NCBI GenBank assembly: GCA_951406725.2
Contig: OX597821.1
Span: 59,458,001 to 59,522,000 of the forward strand
Source: Octopus vulgaris
Lineage: Eukaryota
Direction: 5' to 3'
Length of the DNA stretch: 64,000 bases
Shown: positions 40,083 through 52,544 of the stretch, piece by piece
Layout: each line of letters opens with the position of its first letter
How positions within the stretch are numbered: the stretch's first letter is position 1
Position numbers and translations under genes: made by a program
The notes under the pieces: generated by a model
The model's database searches: none
Seen by the model: only the letters and a program-made list of their open reading frames with translations
What the model was told of the DNA's origin: nothing

Positions 40083-40281
40083 GTTTAGAATATATATATA
40101 TATCTATATATATATATATGGTGCAGACATGGTTATGTGGTAAGAAGCTTGCTTCCCAACCACATGGTTCCAGGTTCAGTCCCGCTGCTTGGCACCTTGG
40201 GTAAGTGTCTTCCACTATAGCCTTGGGCCAACCAAAGCCTTGTGAGTAGATTTGGTAGATGGAAACTGAAAGAAGCCCATC

Positions 40282-40334
<53 letters not shown>

Positions 40335-41284
40335 TGTGTGTGTGTTTATGTCTGTTTGTCCCCACCACCATCACAACCGATGAGGGTGTCTTTACATCCC
40401 CATAACTTAGCTGTTCAGCAGAAGAGACCGGTAGAATAAGCACCAGGCTTACAAAGAATAAGCCCAGGAGTCGATTTGTTCGACTAAAAGGTGGTACTCC
40501 AGAATGGCCACAGTCAACTGACTGAAACAAGTTAAAAGAATATACTTTAAATTTATTTCTTGAGGCACAAGCATAGCTGTGTAGTTGAGAAGTTCCCAAC
40601 CATGTGGTTTTGGGTTCAGTCCCACTGAGTAATGCCTTGAGCAAGTGTTTTCTACTATAGTCTTATCCCAACTAGTTTTGTCAGTGGATTTGGTAGAAAG
40701 AAACTGAAAGAAACTTGTGTGTTTGTGTCTCCTTGTATATAAGTGTTACCATCATGCTAGCATGAAAATATGTCCAGCCAAGGGGAACTATTGCTTACCT
40801 TGGAAGCAAGTAAGGGTTGGCAACAGGAAGGGTATCCAACCATAGCATATTTACTTCAGTGAATTCTGTTTGACCCTTGCAAGTAGGATAATGATGATGA
40901 TGAGGTGTCATGAATTTATATTTGGTAAGCTTTTCAATGGTTCTTCCATGGTGTAGTTGCTAAAGCGAGGTTATTTAACTTTACATATACATACACACCT
41001 ACACACACAAACATATGTATAGAGATGCCTAGGCTAATTCCATTCTTGAAATTCTTTCATTGGCAATCGCTTATTCCTAACTCATCATGTCTCTCCTCTG
41101 CTACTTCAGTTCTTACTACAATTTCTCTCTCTCTCTCTCTCCTCTTGGTTATATTTATTTCATTTCATCATTATTTGGTTTGAGTCTGTGCAGATATTTT
41201 TACCCCGTACATGCCATCCATTTCATAGCTGTTCTTAAATATTTCAATGATGTGTACTATTCAATCAAAAATACAGAAAATTAC

Positions 41285-41747
41285 TTGCTTCCCTGGGCAT
41301 AGATACATTGAAGCTCTGACGTTTGGCAATTGACTTGGTAAACACCCACAAAATTATTAACCATTGTGCCAACCACCACCTTGAGTATCTTTTTGGGCTC
41401 CATGTGTCTAACACATGTAGGCATGCCTACAAAGTCAGAAAACAGCACAGCTTCCATGACTTTCAGAAACATTTTTTCACAATCAGAGTTGCTAAAGCAT
41501 AGAACAAACTACCTGTATCAGTTATTAATTACCGAGACATTGCATCCTTTAAAACCTCCATGCTTCCTGAAATTTGCCAACACTACACCTGATATCCCCC
41601 ACCTCTATATGCATGCACACATGTATATCATGATCCATACACTGTTCACTTTCTTGACTTTTGTACATAATTCTATGTACTGTACATGCACCTTTGGTGA
41701 GTTGTGGTGCACCTGAGTATAATACACAATAATTTCATTATTATTAT
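41285..41747 (+). mobile_element. Second, more decayed copy of the same CR1 3' end with 3'UTR
   Basis: Colinear with 44985-45345 (CCATGTGTCTAACACA..GGCATGCCTACAAAGTCAGAAAAC), ends in ATT repeats. Confidence 0.85.
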
Positions 41748-42612
41748 TTTTTAAACAAATGCTCTTTCCAGGAAAGCTGAACACATACGGTTAAACAGAA
41801 GCAACACAAACACACACACATGTATACATATGTATATCTATGTATTTGCTCCCTTGATGACTGGACAAATAAAACATCATTTCATGCTGTTATGTGGAAT
41901 CTGGGTGAGGCTTGGGGCTCTATGTGGCCACATAATTTGCTAGAATTAATGACAAAATCTCCTTTAGATTATACCTTTGGATAATGTAGTCTTTGATGGA
42001 CTGTCACAAAAAAAAAATACAAAAAATAAAACAAAACAATAAAGTATGGTCATAGCTGGAATGCTTTTGATTACAGAGGTATGTTTGATCAGGGCTGGCC
42101 TGAGACTACGACAACAGCCATGTTCACATTATGCACAGTAAATATATATATATATATACATACACACACAAACACATATGCACAAAGACATAAATATGTA
42201 TGGTGCGTGTGTGTATGCACATACGTACATATATATATATATATATATATATATGCATGTAGTTATTTATTTATATAGGTGTAGCTGCATGGCACCTTGG
42301 ACAAGTGTCTTCCACTATAGCCTTGGGCTGACCAAAGCCTTGTGAGTGGAGTTGGCAGATGGAAACTGAAAGAAGCCTGTCATACATATATATATATGTA
42401 TGTATACATGTATGTGTGTTTGTGCCCCCACCATCACTTGAAAACTGATGTTGGTGTGTTTACATCTCCGTAACTCAGCAGTTCAGCAAAAGAAGTGCTC
42501 CAGCATGACTACAGTCAACTAACATATACACACACATATACATGCACATACGTATCAATATATATCTCTACACAGACACATGTATGTGTCTGTGTGATGC
42601 CTGTGTATGTTG

Positions 42613-42657
<45 letters not shown>

Positions 42658-42779
42658 ACACACACACACACATGCACACACAAATATACACATACATGCA
42701 CATGTATTGATATATATCTCTACACAGACACATGTATATGTCTGTGTGCATAGTGTGTATGATGCCTCTGCGTACATTG

Positions 42780-42825
<46 letters not shown>

Positions 42826-42861
42826 GCAAGATTTTTTATGTGAAGTCGTGTATTGAAACAG

Positions 42862-43234
42862 ATATTGTTATATTTCAGAATGGTCATTTTGCCAGCCAAT
42901 AAAAACACACGCACTATACAAATATTACAGGCATCCCCCCCCCCACACACTAAATAAACATAGACGCACATAGAGATATAAACATGCGCATATGAAGGCA
43001 TACAATAGAAATACAAAATGGCTGACGGTTAGTAAGGAGAGACACAAATAAGAAAGAAGAAAACAAAGGACCACTGATGCAGTCACAGGAGTGTGACGAA
43101 AGAACTCTGGCCGAAATAAGATTAAGATTAATGTAAAAAATAAATAACACTGAAGCAAAATAACACCAAATATATAGTGCGTGTGTTTTTATTGGCTAAA
43201 CTGGCAAAATGGCCATTCCGAAATATAACAATAT
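42862..43234 (+). mobile_element. Penelope-like retroelement terminal remnant with inverted ends
   Basis: About 60-bp inverted repeats (42862-42918 / 43173-43234) in a (TA)n context, with an internal hammerhead-like motif at 43068-43112. Confidence 0.55.
43068..43112 (+). ncRNA. Minimal type I hammerhead-ribozyme-like motif (variant core)
   Basis: GGACCA-CUGAUG(C)A-GUCACA[GGAG]UGUGAC-GAAA-G[AA]C-UC-UGGCC. Stem I CCA/UGG, 6-bp stem II, vestigial stem III, predicted cleavage after C43107. Confidence 0.5.
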
Positions 43235-43253
43235 ATATATATATATATATATA

Positions 43254-43434
43254 TACATACATATAAGAGGGATGACCTGTAAATGAACATCCATTATGCT
43301 AGAAGAAGATCCGTTATGGTCTTACCACTAAGAAAGGAAAGTTCTCAAGAACTTTCTTAGTGGTAAGACCATAGCGGATCTTCTTCTAGCATAATGGATG
43401 TCCACTTACAGGTCATCCCTTTTATATGTATGTA
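43254..43434. repeat. Near-perfect ~180-bp palindrome
   Basis: Arms are reverse complements with 4 transition mismatches and a 5-nt GAAAG duplication. Centre GAAAGTTCT-CA-AGAACTTTC at 43337-43356. Confidence 0.95.
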
Positions 43435-43535
43435 AAATAATTTTTTCTGAAACTTCAGATTTTTCAATATGCTAGACCACTGGTTTTAAATTGATATTAA
43501 TGAAACTAATATTCAATTTTTCACACTTATTTTAA

Positions 43536-43591
<56 letters not shown>

Positions 43592-44984
43592 AGGTACATG
43601 TATGGTGTCTGTGTGCACATGCAAATCTACAGTCATGAAGAAAAATTATTATTTTTTTTATTTTGATAAATTTTTGAAAGAAAAAAGTACTTGAGAAAAA
43701 ACAGCAAAACTACTATAAAGAAATTCACGGTAACCGAGTATCAACAAGAGGTAAGTGAATTTAGTAATCGACCAATTATACTTATTATCTTTTTTTGTCT
43801 GAATGTCAAGACCAAGAGACTAGTATTGTCCCACTGACCTGTTGCACTCTGCCAACATATGGAGTTGGTGCATTTTAAACTGCCAAACATAAAAATTACT
43901 ATGGGAGTAGCAAAATACTTCGATTCTGCAGAACAAAATAAAATATATTGTAACTTTCTAAATATATTCAATAGGTGTAGGCATGGCTATAGTAAGAAGT
44001 TTGCTTCTCAACCACATGGTTATGCATTCAGCCCCACTGAATGGCATCTTGAGCAGGTGTCTTCTACTATAAGCCTATATGAATTCTAGGACTTTAGACA
44101 GTAATGTCCAGGGAACTTACCCCATGATGGCACAGGCTGGATGGTCAGACAGGACCTGACAAATTGAAGGAAGTGTCACGTTTTTTTGTGTGTGTCATCA
44201 GCACTAGATGTTGTCTTCCAAAACTGAAGAGTTATCTAAGCCCCTTGTCATCTCTACTCAATTTACAAACTACTTTACAATGAACTGGGTACTTTTCCTA
44301 TAGAACCAGCATGGTAAGGCCTCCTTGTAACTTGTTTGACTAAAGAGAGCCTACTGACTATTGGATGTAAATTTCTTTTTTGGCCATAAACCTCCTTTGT
44401 AAGATAATGAGCAAAACAATTAATTTGACTGTGCAATAGTCTGTAAATATTTACTTTAACCCTTTGACATTCAAACCGGCTATATCCGGTCAAAATATTT
44501 AACCTGTTTTATGCTGAAACTGATTAGATCTAGCTGATAACCACTACCCTACAGTATCATTTTAAAACTAAACAATCACATCATCAGAATCTCTAAACTA
44601 CAAGATTATGCATGATTAATTTAAAACAATATAAACAAACGTTACATTTGACAGAATAATCTGAATACTGATGATGATCACTAAATGATTAATGACCTCA
44701 GAAGTTGATGTCAATCTTGATGGGATTTGAACCAGGAGCAGGTAGCAACAAATTAGTTGTCTACAGAACTTCTAGTATAGCTCTCCTATGCTTGAACTAG
44801 TTCCACAATCAGCTAAACATTATCTAGCTAGGAAATATTAATACATAATGAATCACTTCCTAATTTTACATCAAATGGCACGTCTGTAGAAACCACACAT
44901 AGAAAGCGATATTTTATATCAATGATTCCTGATAATTTTTTTATTTGATACAAGCAGCTGAAATGGGGTTCCTCAGAAGAATAT

Positions 44985-45345
44985 TGTTTCCCTGGGCATG
45001 GATTCACTGAAGCTCCGGCGTCTGGCGACGGACTTGGTAAACACCCACAAGGTTATCAACCACCTCACCAACAACAACACTGAACACCTTTTTGATCTCC
45101 ATGTGTCTAACACACGTGGACATGCCTACAAAGTCAGAAAACAACACAGCTCCCATGACTTTCGGAAACATTTTTTCACGCTCAGAGTTGCTGAAGCATG
45201 GAATAAACTGCCTGCGTCAGTTGTTGACTGCCATGACACTGCATCCTTTAAGGCCCTCATGCTTTCCGAAATCCGCCGAAACTACACCTGATTATATATA
45301 CACTTTAGATGAGTTGTAGTGCACCTGAGCACTGTACACAATTAT
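44985..45345 (+). mobile_element. CR1-clade LINE 3' fragment (ORF2 C-terminus)
   Basis: LGMDSLKLRRLATDL...TRGHAYKVRK...RKHFFTLRVAEAWNKLP, typical of the CR1 ORF2 end, followed by an (ATT)n tail. Confidence 0.9.
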
Positions 45346-45354
45346 TATTATTAA

Positions 45355-45725
45355 TGTTACTCAAAAGGGTGCACAGCTTGGAGATCAGGGAGTCTCTCCA
45401 GGTTGAGCCACAACTTCTCTGCACTGAGAAGTCACAGCTCCAGTACTATTATGGACATGTTATTAGAATGTCACAGGAAAGAATTGCAAAATAGATTCTT
45501 CAAGCCAAGCCAAGCCAAGCTATGCCAGCCAGCAGAAGATTTAGGGGTAGACCAAGAATGAGATGGTTGGATAATATCCATAGTCTAAGTTGGTCATACT
45601 TGGGAATGCAGCAAGTAAGTGTAATGATGGTTGCTTCTGATAGGACTCTATGGAGGGGAGGTACCCAAGGACTCTACCACCATGACCCTCCCAGGAATAC
45701 TGGGTGGACAAGGTGGATGGAAAGA
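45355..45725 (+). mobile_element. RTE-clade LINE 3' fragment
   Basis: EIRESLQVEP...YGHVIRMSQERIAK...RGRPRMRWLDNI...ASDRTLWR, followed by a (GGAT)-like tail. Confidence 0.8.
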
Positions 45726-47512
45726 TGGACAGTATACATGTCCTTTTAAAATCTCTTGAATCAAAAGCTAGAGTAAACCAATCTAACTATTATAAGGTGT
45801 CTGGACTGACCTATCAGCCTGCTGTTTCTATGCTAGAAAGAAGGATAAATCAATCTATTGAAGACTGTAGATACTTTCCTTTGTCCATAAAGAGTCAGAT
45901 GAATAAAACAGCATTTCATACAATAACACCCTACTTTTTGCATCTAATCAACATCATTAACAGTAATTATGCTTAGTACATGTTTAGCAATTTGCATTAA
46001 TATAGCTAAAGTGTAAATGTTAAAAGTAATTATAAGGGACAATCTTTAGCAATTTACAATAATTTCACTAAAGTGCAGATGTTATTGTGGTGAAGTTTCT
46101 TTCACTCACTCATTTATATAGAGTTACCAAAAATTATAAATTGCCTGACTGTCCTGATTTACATTTATGACCATTGATGAAGTAACTATAACCAAAGACT
46201 GTTTGTCTATGTTAAGCTATAGATATACCACTATAATTTTTCTAATAAATATAGGTGTAGGTATGGCAGCATGGTTGAGACGCTTGTGTCTGAAACATGT
46301 GGCCTTGGGTTCAATCCTATGGTATGGTATTTTGGGTAAGTGTCTTTTACAAATAGACCTAGGCTGACAAAAGCCTTGTGAGTGGATTTTGTAGACAGAA
46401 ACCTGTCATATAAATGTGTGTGTGTGTGCGTGCGCGTGTGTGTGTGTGTACCCTTGTCTTTACATCATATGGTTATTGTAAACAAGTATTACCATAATAG
46501 AAATGATATTGCTCATTTCTAGTTTTCTGTGGAAAACATGTCTGATCATGGGAAAATATTACCTTGCTTGGAAACGGGTGAGAATTGGCGACAGGGAGGG
46601 TGTCTGGTCATTGAACATTTACCTCAACAAATTCTGTCTGACCTACACAAGCATGGGAAAGTGGACATTCACATAATTGGTTACATTGCTGTCCAAACAA
46701 GACATATTGCAAGACAATATAAAAATATCACCCACCTTTTTTCATTCTAGGCATTCGCTCTGTCCTAAACCATAACAACAAGTTTGCTATACCATAACGT
46801 ACAATATCAAGACGCCGTAGACGTGTCAGTTTGGAGAAATCATTTTGGGTATTATTAATTGTCAAATTTGGAGTGCTTTCATATTTAAAGACAGACATTG
46901 CTGCTTCAACTATTTCACTGTACACTCACTCATCAAATGTTTAGATCATGAGGTGCCGACATATAATTACTTTGAAAACAAACTGTTTTCAATATAATTA
47001 ACAAAGCATACTATTAGATGCAAAAATATATAATGCATAGTTTTATCTAAATGCAACAAGATATGCTGAATATTGAAATATTAAGAAATAATCTAGAAAT
47101 GGAATAGTCTATTTTAACTGATTATTGTCAAATAGTCACCCCCTTTAGCTAAAATGGACTGACTATTTAAAGTAAATTTTATGTAAACACATATAGATAA
47201 TACTGGTATAGTTAATACTGCATTTGATAAAACATTTTTTTTTTAAAAAAAGAGATAGAGCTTTGATAAAGACAACCAAATGCAGAGAGGTCAAACAGTT
47301 CATGTGATTAAGAGTACAAAGTCAAAGATTTTGGTAAATGCCAACTCCTCCTCCTCCTGCACATTCCACAGAAGAAGAAAAAACCATGATAATGCAATTA
47401 CAAAAGAGTTCAATGAATACTTAATATGGACATCAGCAAAGAAGTTATTGGTCAAAGATTGAGACAAAATAACAGTTCATGCCAGAGAATCTTCCTAATT
47501 TCTTTAAAATAT

Positions 47513-47631
47513 GCTTATGGCCATATCACGTTGAAAGCACTGGTTCTCGTCCGATCACCGAAGTTAAGCAACATTGAGCCTAGTTAGTACTTAGATGGGT
47601 GACCGCTTGGGAAACCTAGGTGCTGTAAGCA
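47513..47631 (+). pseudogene. Full-length 5S rRNA-like copy (retrocopy or SINE head rather than an array gene)
   Basis: GCTTATGGCCATATCACGTTGAAAGCACTGGTTCTCGTCCGATCACCGAAGTTAAGC...AGTACTTAGATGGGTGACCGCTTGGGAAACCTAGGTGCTGTAAGC. About 119 nt, A- and C-box present, CpG>TpG decay, no oligo-T terminator, solitary. Confidence 0.85.
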
Positions 47632-47700
47632 TCACACATAACGGTGATGCATCAGCATGGCCGCAGCTCTGTGCTGAAACTACAGAAGAAAAAAAAAGAA
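47513..47700 (+). mobile_element. Candidate 5S-derived SINE (5S head + SINE/LINE-type tail + A-rich end)
   Basis: After the 5S: CGGTGATGCATCAGCATGGCCGCAGCTCTGTGCTGAAACTACAGAAGAAAAAAAAAG, similar to the local SINE tail GCGGTGCTCCAGCATGGCCGCAGTCAAATGACTGAAAC (e.g. 7770-7812, minus). Confidence 0.6.
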
Positions 47701-47829
47701 ACCTTCTGTGGGAAAAAACCCCATCTTTCTATATCAAGCTTCAAATGCTAAAATTGGAGAGGAGGGTTCTGTAGATTTGCTTTTTTTCTAAACAAGGATT
47801 GAGGCCACTGTAGCATAAGGACTATAAAG

Positions 47830-48360
47830 AAAGAAAAGAAAGGTCCTATAAATTCCAAAGGTGTTGATTTACAGAAAGCTTAAAGGACTGAATATCATAG
47901 AATAGAGGAAAAGAAGATGGTGATAATGTGTTCCAGAGAGCAGCAGTTTCATGACACAAGATACTAGAATAAAAGGACATGTGACCCAGAGTGGGTGAAA
48001 TGTTTAAAGATCTTAACAGCAAGTACTTGACAAGAGATTTGAGAGGAATGAACATAGAAATACTGATAGAGAAGACAAAGACACATTTTGATGATGAGCC
48101 AAATATTTCAACTGAATAGAAACAAGAGGAACCACTATGTTGGCAACATGATTCTGAACTTGTTTAAGCAAGTGAAGACATTCAGATGAGGCATCAGCCC
48201 AAAGACAACAGCAATATTCAATGCAAGGTTGAATGGTGGCCTTATACAAGATATTCACAGGTAGAAGAAACCTGCAAGCACGGAAGAGCGATCCGACCTT
48301 TTTGGCAGCTGACATGGCAATGGACAGAACATATTTGTTCCAAGAGAGATTCTTGATCAA
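47830..48360 (-). mobile_element. CR1/L2-group LINE RT C-terminal fragment, decayed
   Basis: LSWNKYVLSIAMSAAKKVGSLFR...LYKATIQPCIEYCCCLW...TAALWNTL...SFKLSVN across frameshifts. Confidence 0.75.
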
Positions 48361-49188
48361 CTGAATGCCATATCAAATATTAACAGTCACAATAGTCAAA
48401 TGGATCAGTAAGAATCATTTAGTGGAAAAGAATAAAGCATTTCCATCTGAATACTGATGCCAGGAAACACACTGCACAGTTCTTAATTGACTTTTTTGGC
48501 AGTATACCAAAGGAGGGAACAACTTAGTAAAACACTATCAGAAGAACTTGGTAGAACACTAAACTAAATAGGAATTGTGAAATAGCTTATTGGCCTATAA
48601 TACCAAAATGTAATCCTCTTACTAAAAATTTAATGAATGAATTAAAACTAAATACTAAGTTACAAAATGAGAATGGTGTTTATTTTCAGCGACACTGATT
48701 AAGATAAGTGGAATAATATGGTTGGCTGAGAACATAATTTGAATGCCTGATATTTGGATATGTGACCCAAAGCTTTAATCCTTTCTAAAAGTAATTTCCA
48801 TGAGACCAGTGAGTACCTGCCTTAGACATTTCTATTGCTATAATTATGAGAGGGAGGTGTGTTTGTGTGGTAGTGTTTTATCCAGTTATTTTTGTTGCCA
48901 ACATCGTGAGAAATAGTGGAGAATTTTCTAGAGAATGAATATATTAATGTCAGAAGTTTTAGTAACAAAGTCACCCCACAAAACTACGAGGAATTGTTTA
49001 CAAAAACAACAAGTGTAAAGAAATGTTTCAGTAATAGATAACGTATCAATCTAGAACAATTGTGTATTATTAGATTGAATCAAGATTAAATATGTAGGTT
49101 ATAAAATATATAAATTGCATGGCTGCAATATGCATAAATGGCAACTTTTTTTTTTTTTTTCAAGAAACAGATCAGAGAGCACTGAATA

Positions 49189-49312
49189 CATACTATCTTC
49201 GTGGTGGTTCTAAATTAAAACATAGTATCTTTGTGGTGATTCTAAATTATAACATACTATCTTTGTGGTGGCTCTAAATTATAACATACTATCTTTGTGG
49301 TGGTTCTAAATT
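49189..49312 (+). repeat. Minisatellite, 32-bp unit x ~4
   Basis: CATACTATCTTTGTGGTGG(T/C)TCTAAATTATAA repeated head to tail. Confidence 0.95.
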
Positions 49313-50644
49313 TTAAGCTAATATAGAATAAGCAGCTATAAAAGAAGCTGAATCCATAACATGGCATCTGTAAATACTGGTACCTTTCCTTGAGCCTTAA
49401 GATTCATAGGGGCCAGTCAACCAGTTTTCATGGCATATAGGTAACTGATATGACTATTCTCCTGGACAGTCCATTTCAGGGTTTGCAGAGTTCAAGGTCA
49501 GCAATTTTGAGGGGAGAACTATGGTCAATTACATTGACCCCCAGTATTTAGTATTTGACTGATACTTTATTTTATTGACCCCCAAAGGGATGAAAGGTAC
49601 AGTTGACCTCAGCAGGATTTGAACTTGTAAAGAACTGGAAGAAATGCTGCCAAGCATTTTGTTTGATATGCTAAACTGCCAGCTCACCGCCTTTCTAGCA
49701 CCTTTACTGATACTTGATATTACAGTTGAAGGAACTCATAAAGCTAACTGTAGACTCCGTGCTGTTAAATAGATAAGAGAGAAATCACATAAGAAAGCCT
49801 GTGATTTCAAAACTTTACAAAACCAGGTGCCTGTTCTTCAAAACTAATGACTACATAGGTATCACAAAAGGTTCATAATCAACATGATTTCATAACCTAT
49901 AAACTGGGAGTTCACTACTTTACTCATCCACTTTCACCTCGTACAGGGAGAGTGACACTCAAGCAGTTTAATGATTTATAGACAGCTCCAACTTCCTGGA
50001 AACCAAGTCAAGGATTATTTCAACAACTTTCAAGACATGTAAGATTTATAGAAATGGAAGTTGTTAGAATGTAGAAGTTGAAAAACCTATGCTCAAGGCT
50101 TTCCAAGTGCTACAAGAGGCACATGACTAAGTGGTTAAGGGGTTGCACTCATGATCATAAGATTGTGGTTTCAATTCTTGGACTGGGTGATACATTGTGT
50201 TCTTGAGCAAAACACTTCATTCCACATTGCTCCAGTCCACTCATCTGGCAAAAATGATTAACCCTGTAACAGACTGCTGTTTCATCCCATCCAGAAGGGG
50301 ACTGTAGAAACACTGCCAGATCAGATTAGGGCCTGGTGCAGCCTCCTGCCTTCCCAGACCCCAGTCGAACCGTCCTACCCATGCCAGCATGGAAAACGGA
50401 CGTTAAATGATGATGATATATGTGTGTGTGTGTATATATATATATATATGTATATATGTGTATGTGTGTGTATATAATATATATATATATATATGTATGA
50501 GTATGTATGTATATATATATATATATATATATAAAATAAATATAAGAGAGTGGTCACTATATGGCTCACTCTAGCACCAGTTAATCCATTGGTGTTGAAT
50601 AGATATACTATTAAATTAGTATCTAATTCTCTCACCCTTATTAA

Positions 50645-50755
<111 letters not shown>

Positions 50756-52544
50756 AAGCTTTGTAGGAAGTGTTGAGATGTATTGAAATACAGATATAGA
50801 GATAATTTATTCTTAAGCACAGAATAATGCATGAATAGCTTGAATAGGATATTATCCTTATATTGCAGAAAAATGTGTTGGTGACCAGGGTAATCACAGA
50901 GATGTGAGTTCGAGTCTCATGGGTGACCGCTGACACATTTTCCCGCAATATATATATATCACCTACAGATATGGAGATAATCTATTCACAAGTGCAGAAT
51001 AATGCATGAACAGAATCTAGGAAGCCAGCCTTAGGAGCCTATGGCTTGGGAAGGACCTTTGATCCTTTTTTGTTATATTTAGAGTGGATTTCTATATTCT
51101 ACTTCAACAGATATCTAAGATTACTTTCAGGAGGAATGGTAATATTCATGATCCTTCACAGGATCTGTGAGACTGGTGGAGAAGGAGGTGAAAGAAGAAT
51201 GTATCCTCACATTTGGGAGCTGGCCTTAATACCTGCAATTGAGTGAACTTCCCTACTAGGGCATACCTTCAAGTTACAAGGTGGTGAATACAATTGAAGT
51301 GGAATAAAGACATTGGTCAGGGCGAGTGATAAGTAAGATCATGTGATATTGGAATAAATGATAATTCTCGAGAACATGTAACATACTAATGTCACTTGTT
51401 ATATGTGGTTTTTATACCACCAACTCCAAACAAAGCAAATTTAACCACACCCACAGCAAATATATTTACTTGGCATTCTATCAATTTATCAGTAAGATAG
51501 TCTAATATTAATTGTACTTGTTTCAGTGTAATATATAATAATCGACTGAAAGAACATTAGTCAATCAGTCAATAGGCACTTGCGTGTGTATACTAATTTA
51601 CACTTGTAAACTTTTATCATTTGTTATTAATGATAGTTGTAGCCAGAAAAGGTTACAATCAACTGAAATATTTTTCAACAAAACATCCTCACTGAAGAAA
51701 ATCAGCCATTCCAATAATGAGAGGCAGGGAGGGGAAGGTGAGTATAAAATTCTTAACTCTTTTGTGATGAGGTTCATTGCCCATGAATTTCAATTATCTT
51801 TTTAAATAATCAACAATTTGGAGAGATTTAGCAAAATAACTCATTTCTCTATTTTGAAGCTGCTGATGTGAAACAACAAAAAAATCATCATTATCTTTGT
51901 TGTCATTGTTTTAATATCTACTTTTCCATGCTGAAACAGGTTGGACTGAATTTGCTGAGGCAAATTTTCTACAGCTGGAGGCTCTTCCTGTTGCCAACCC
52001 TCACCCATTTCCAAACAAGGTAATATTTCCCCATGACCAGATGTATTTTTCATGAAGATTGGAAAAGGACACTGCTTATCTTTCTTTTATAAAATTATAA
52101 GATATTTTGACTCAAAAATAAACATCTCCAAATGGTGTTTCCTATGACAGAACCAAGAGTGGTTTCAGGCATGTTGACATCAAAAAAAGGGATAATAATG
52201 GTTTTACAATGTTGTAACAGGCCAACTCTAATTGCAGTAGACTTATATATGACCAAGGGTATATAATGTGTATATAAAGTCATGAGGTGTGAGAGGTGAA
52301 GATGGATTTATTTTTCCATATGATTTTGGCCATTTTGTAACTACTTAATGTAGAATTAATTACAGTATGCAAAAAATTACACATACCTGTTTGCATTAAT
52401 ATGTAAGCTCAGCATTATGCAATACAATTGTATATTCACAAATTAATGCAAATAATACACACACACACACAAACATATTCCATACATACAAAATATCTTC
52501 TCCAACCCCTAATTCTTTTATCAATCTCATCATGTCCACCTCAA

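Noticed and set aside
40048-40644. Longest ORF in the track (198 aa)
   Set aside because: Antisense read-through of family-B SINEs and a (TA)n tract; no protein-like features.
47513-47631. Functional 5S rRNA gene
   Set aside because: Solitary, CpG-decayed, no oligo-T terminator, followed by a retro-type tail.
49189-49312. 32-bp repeats as a CRISPR-like array
   Set aside because: Head-to-tail units with no spacers, eukaryotic context, no cas genes.
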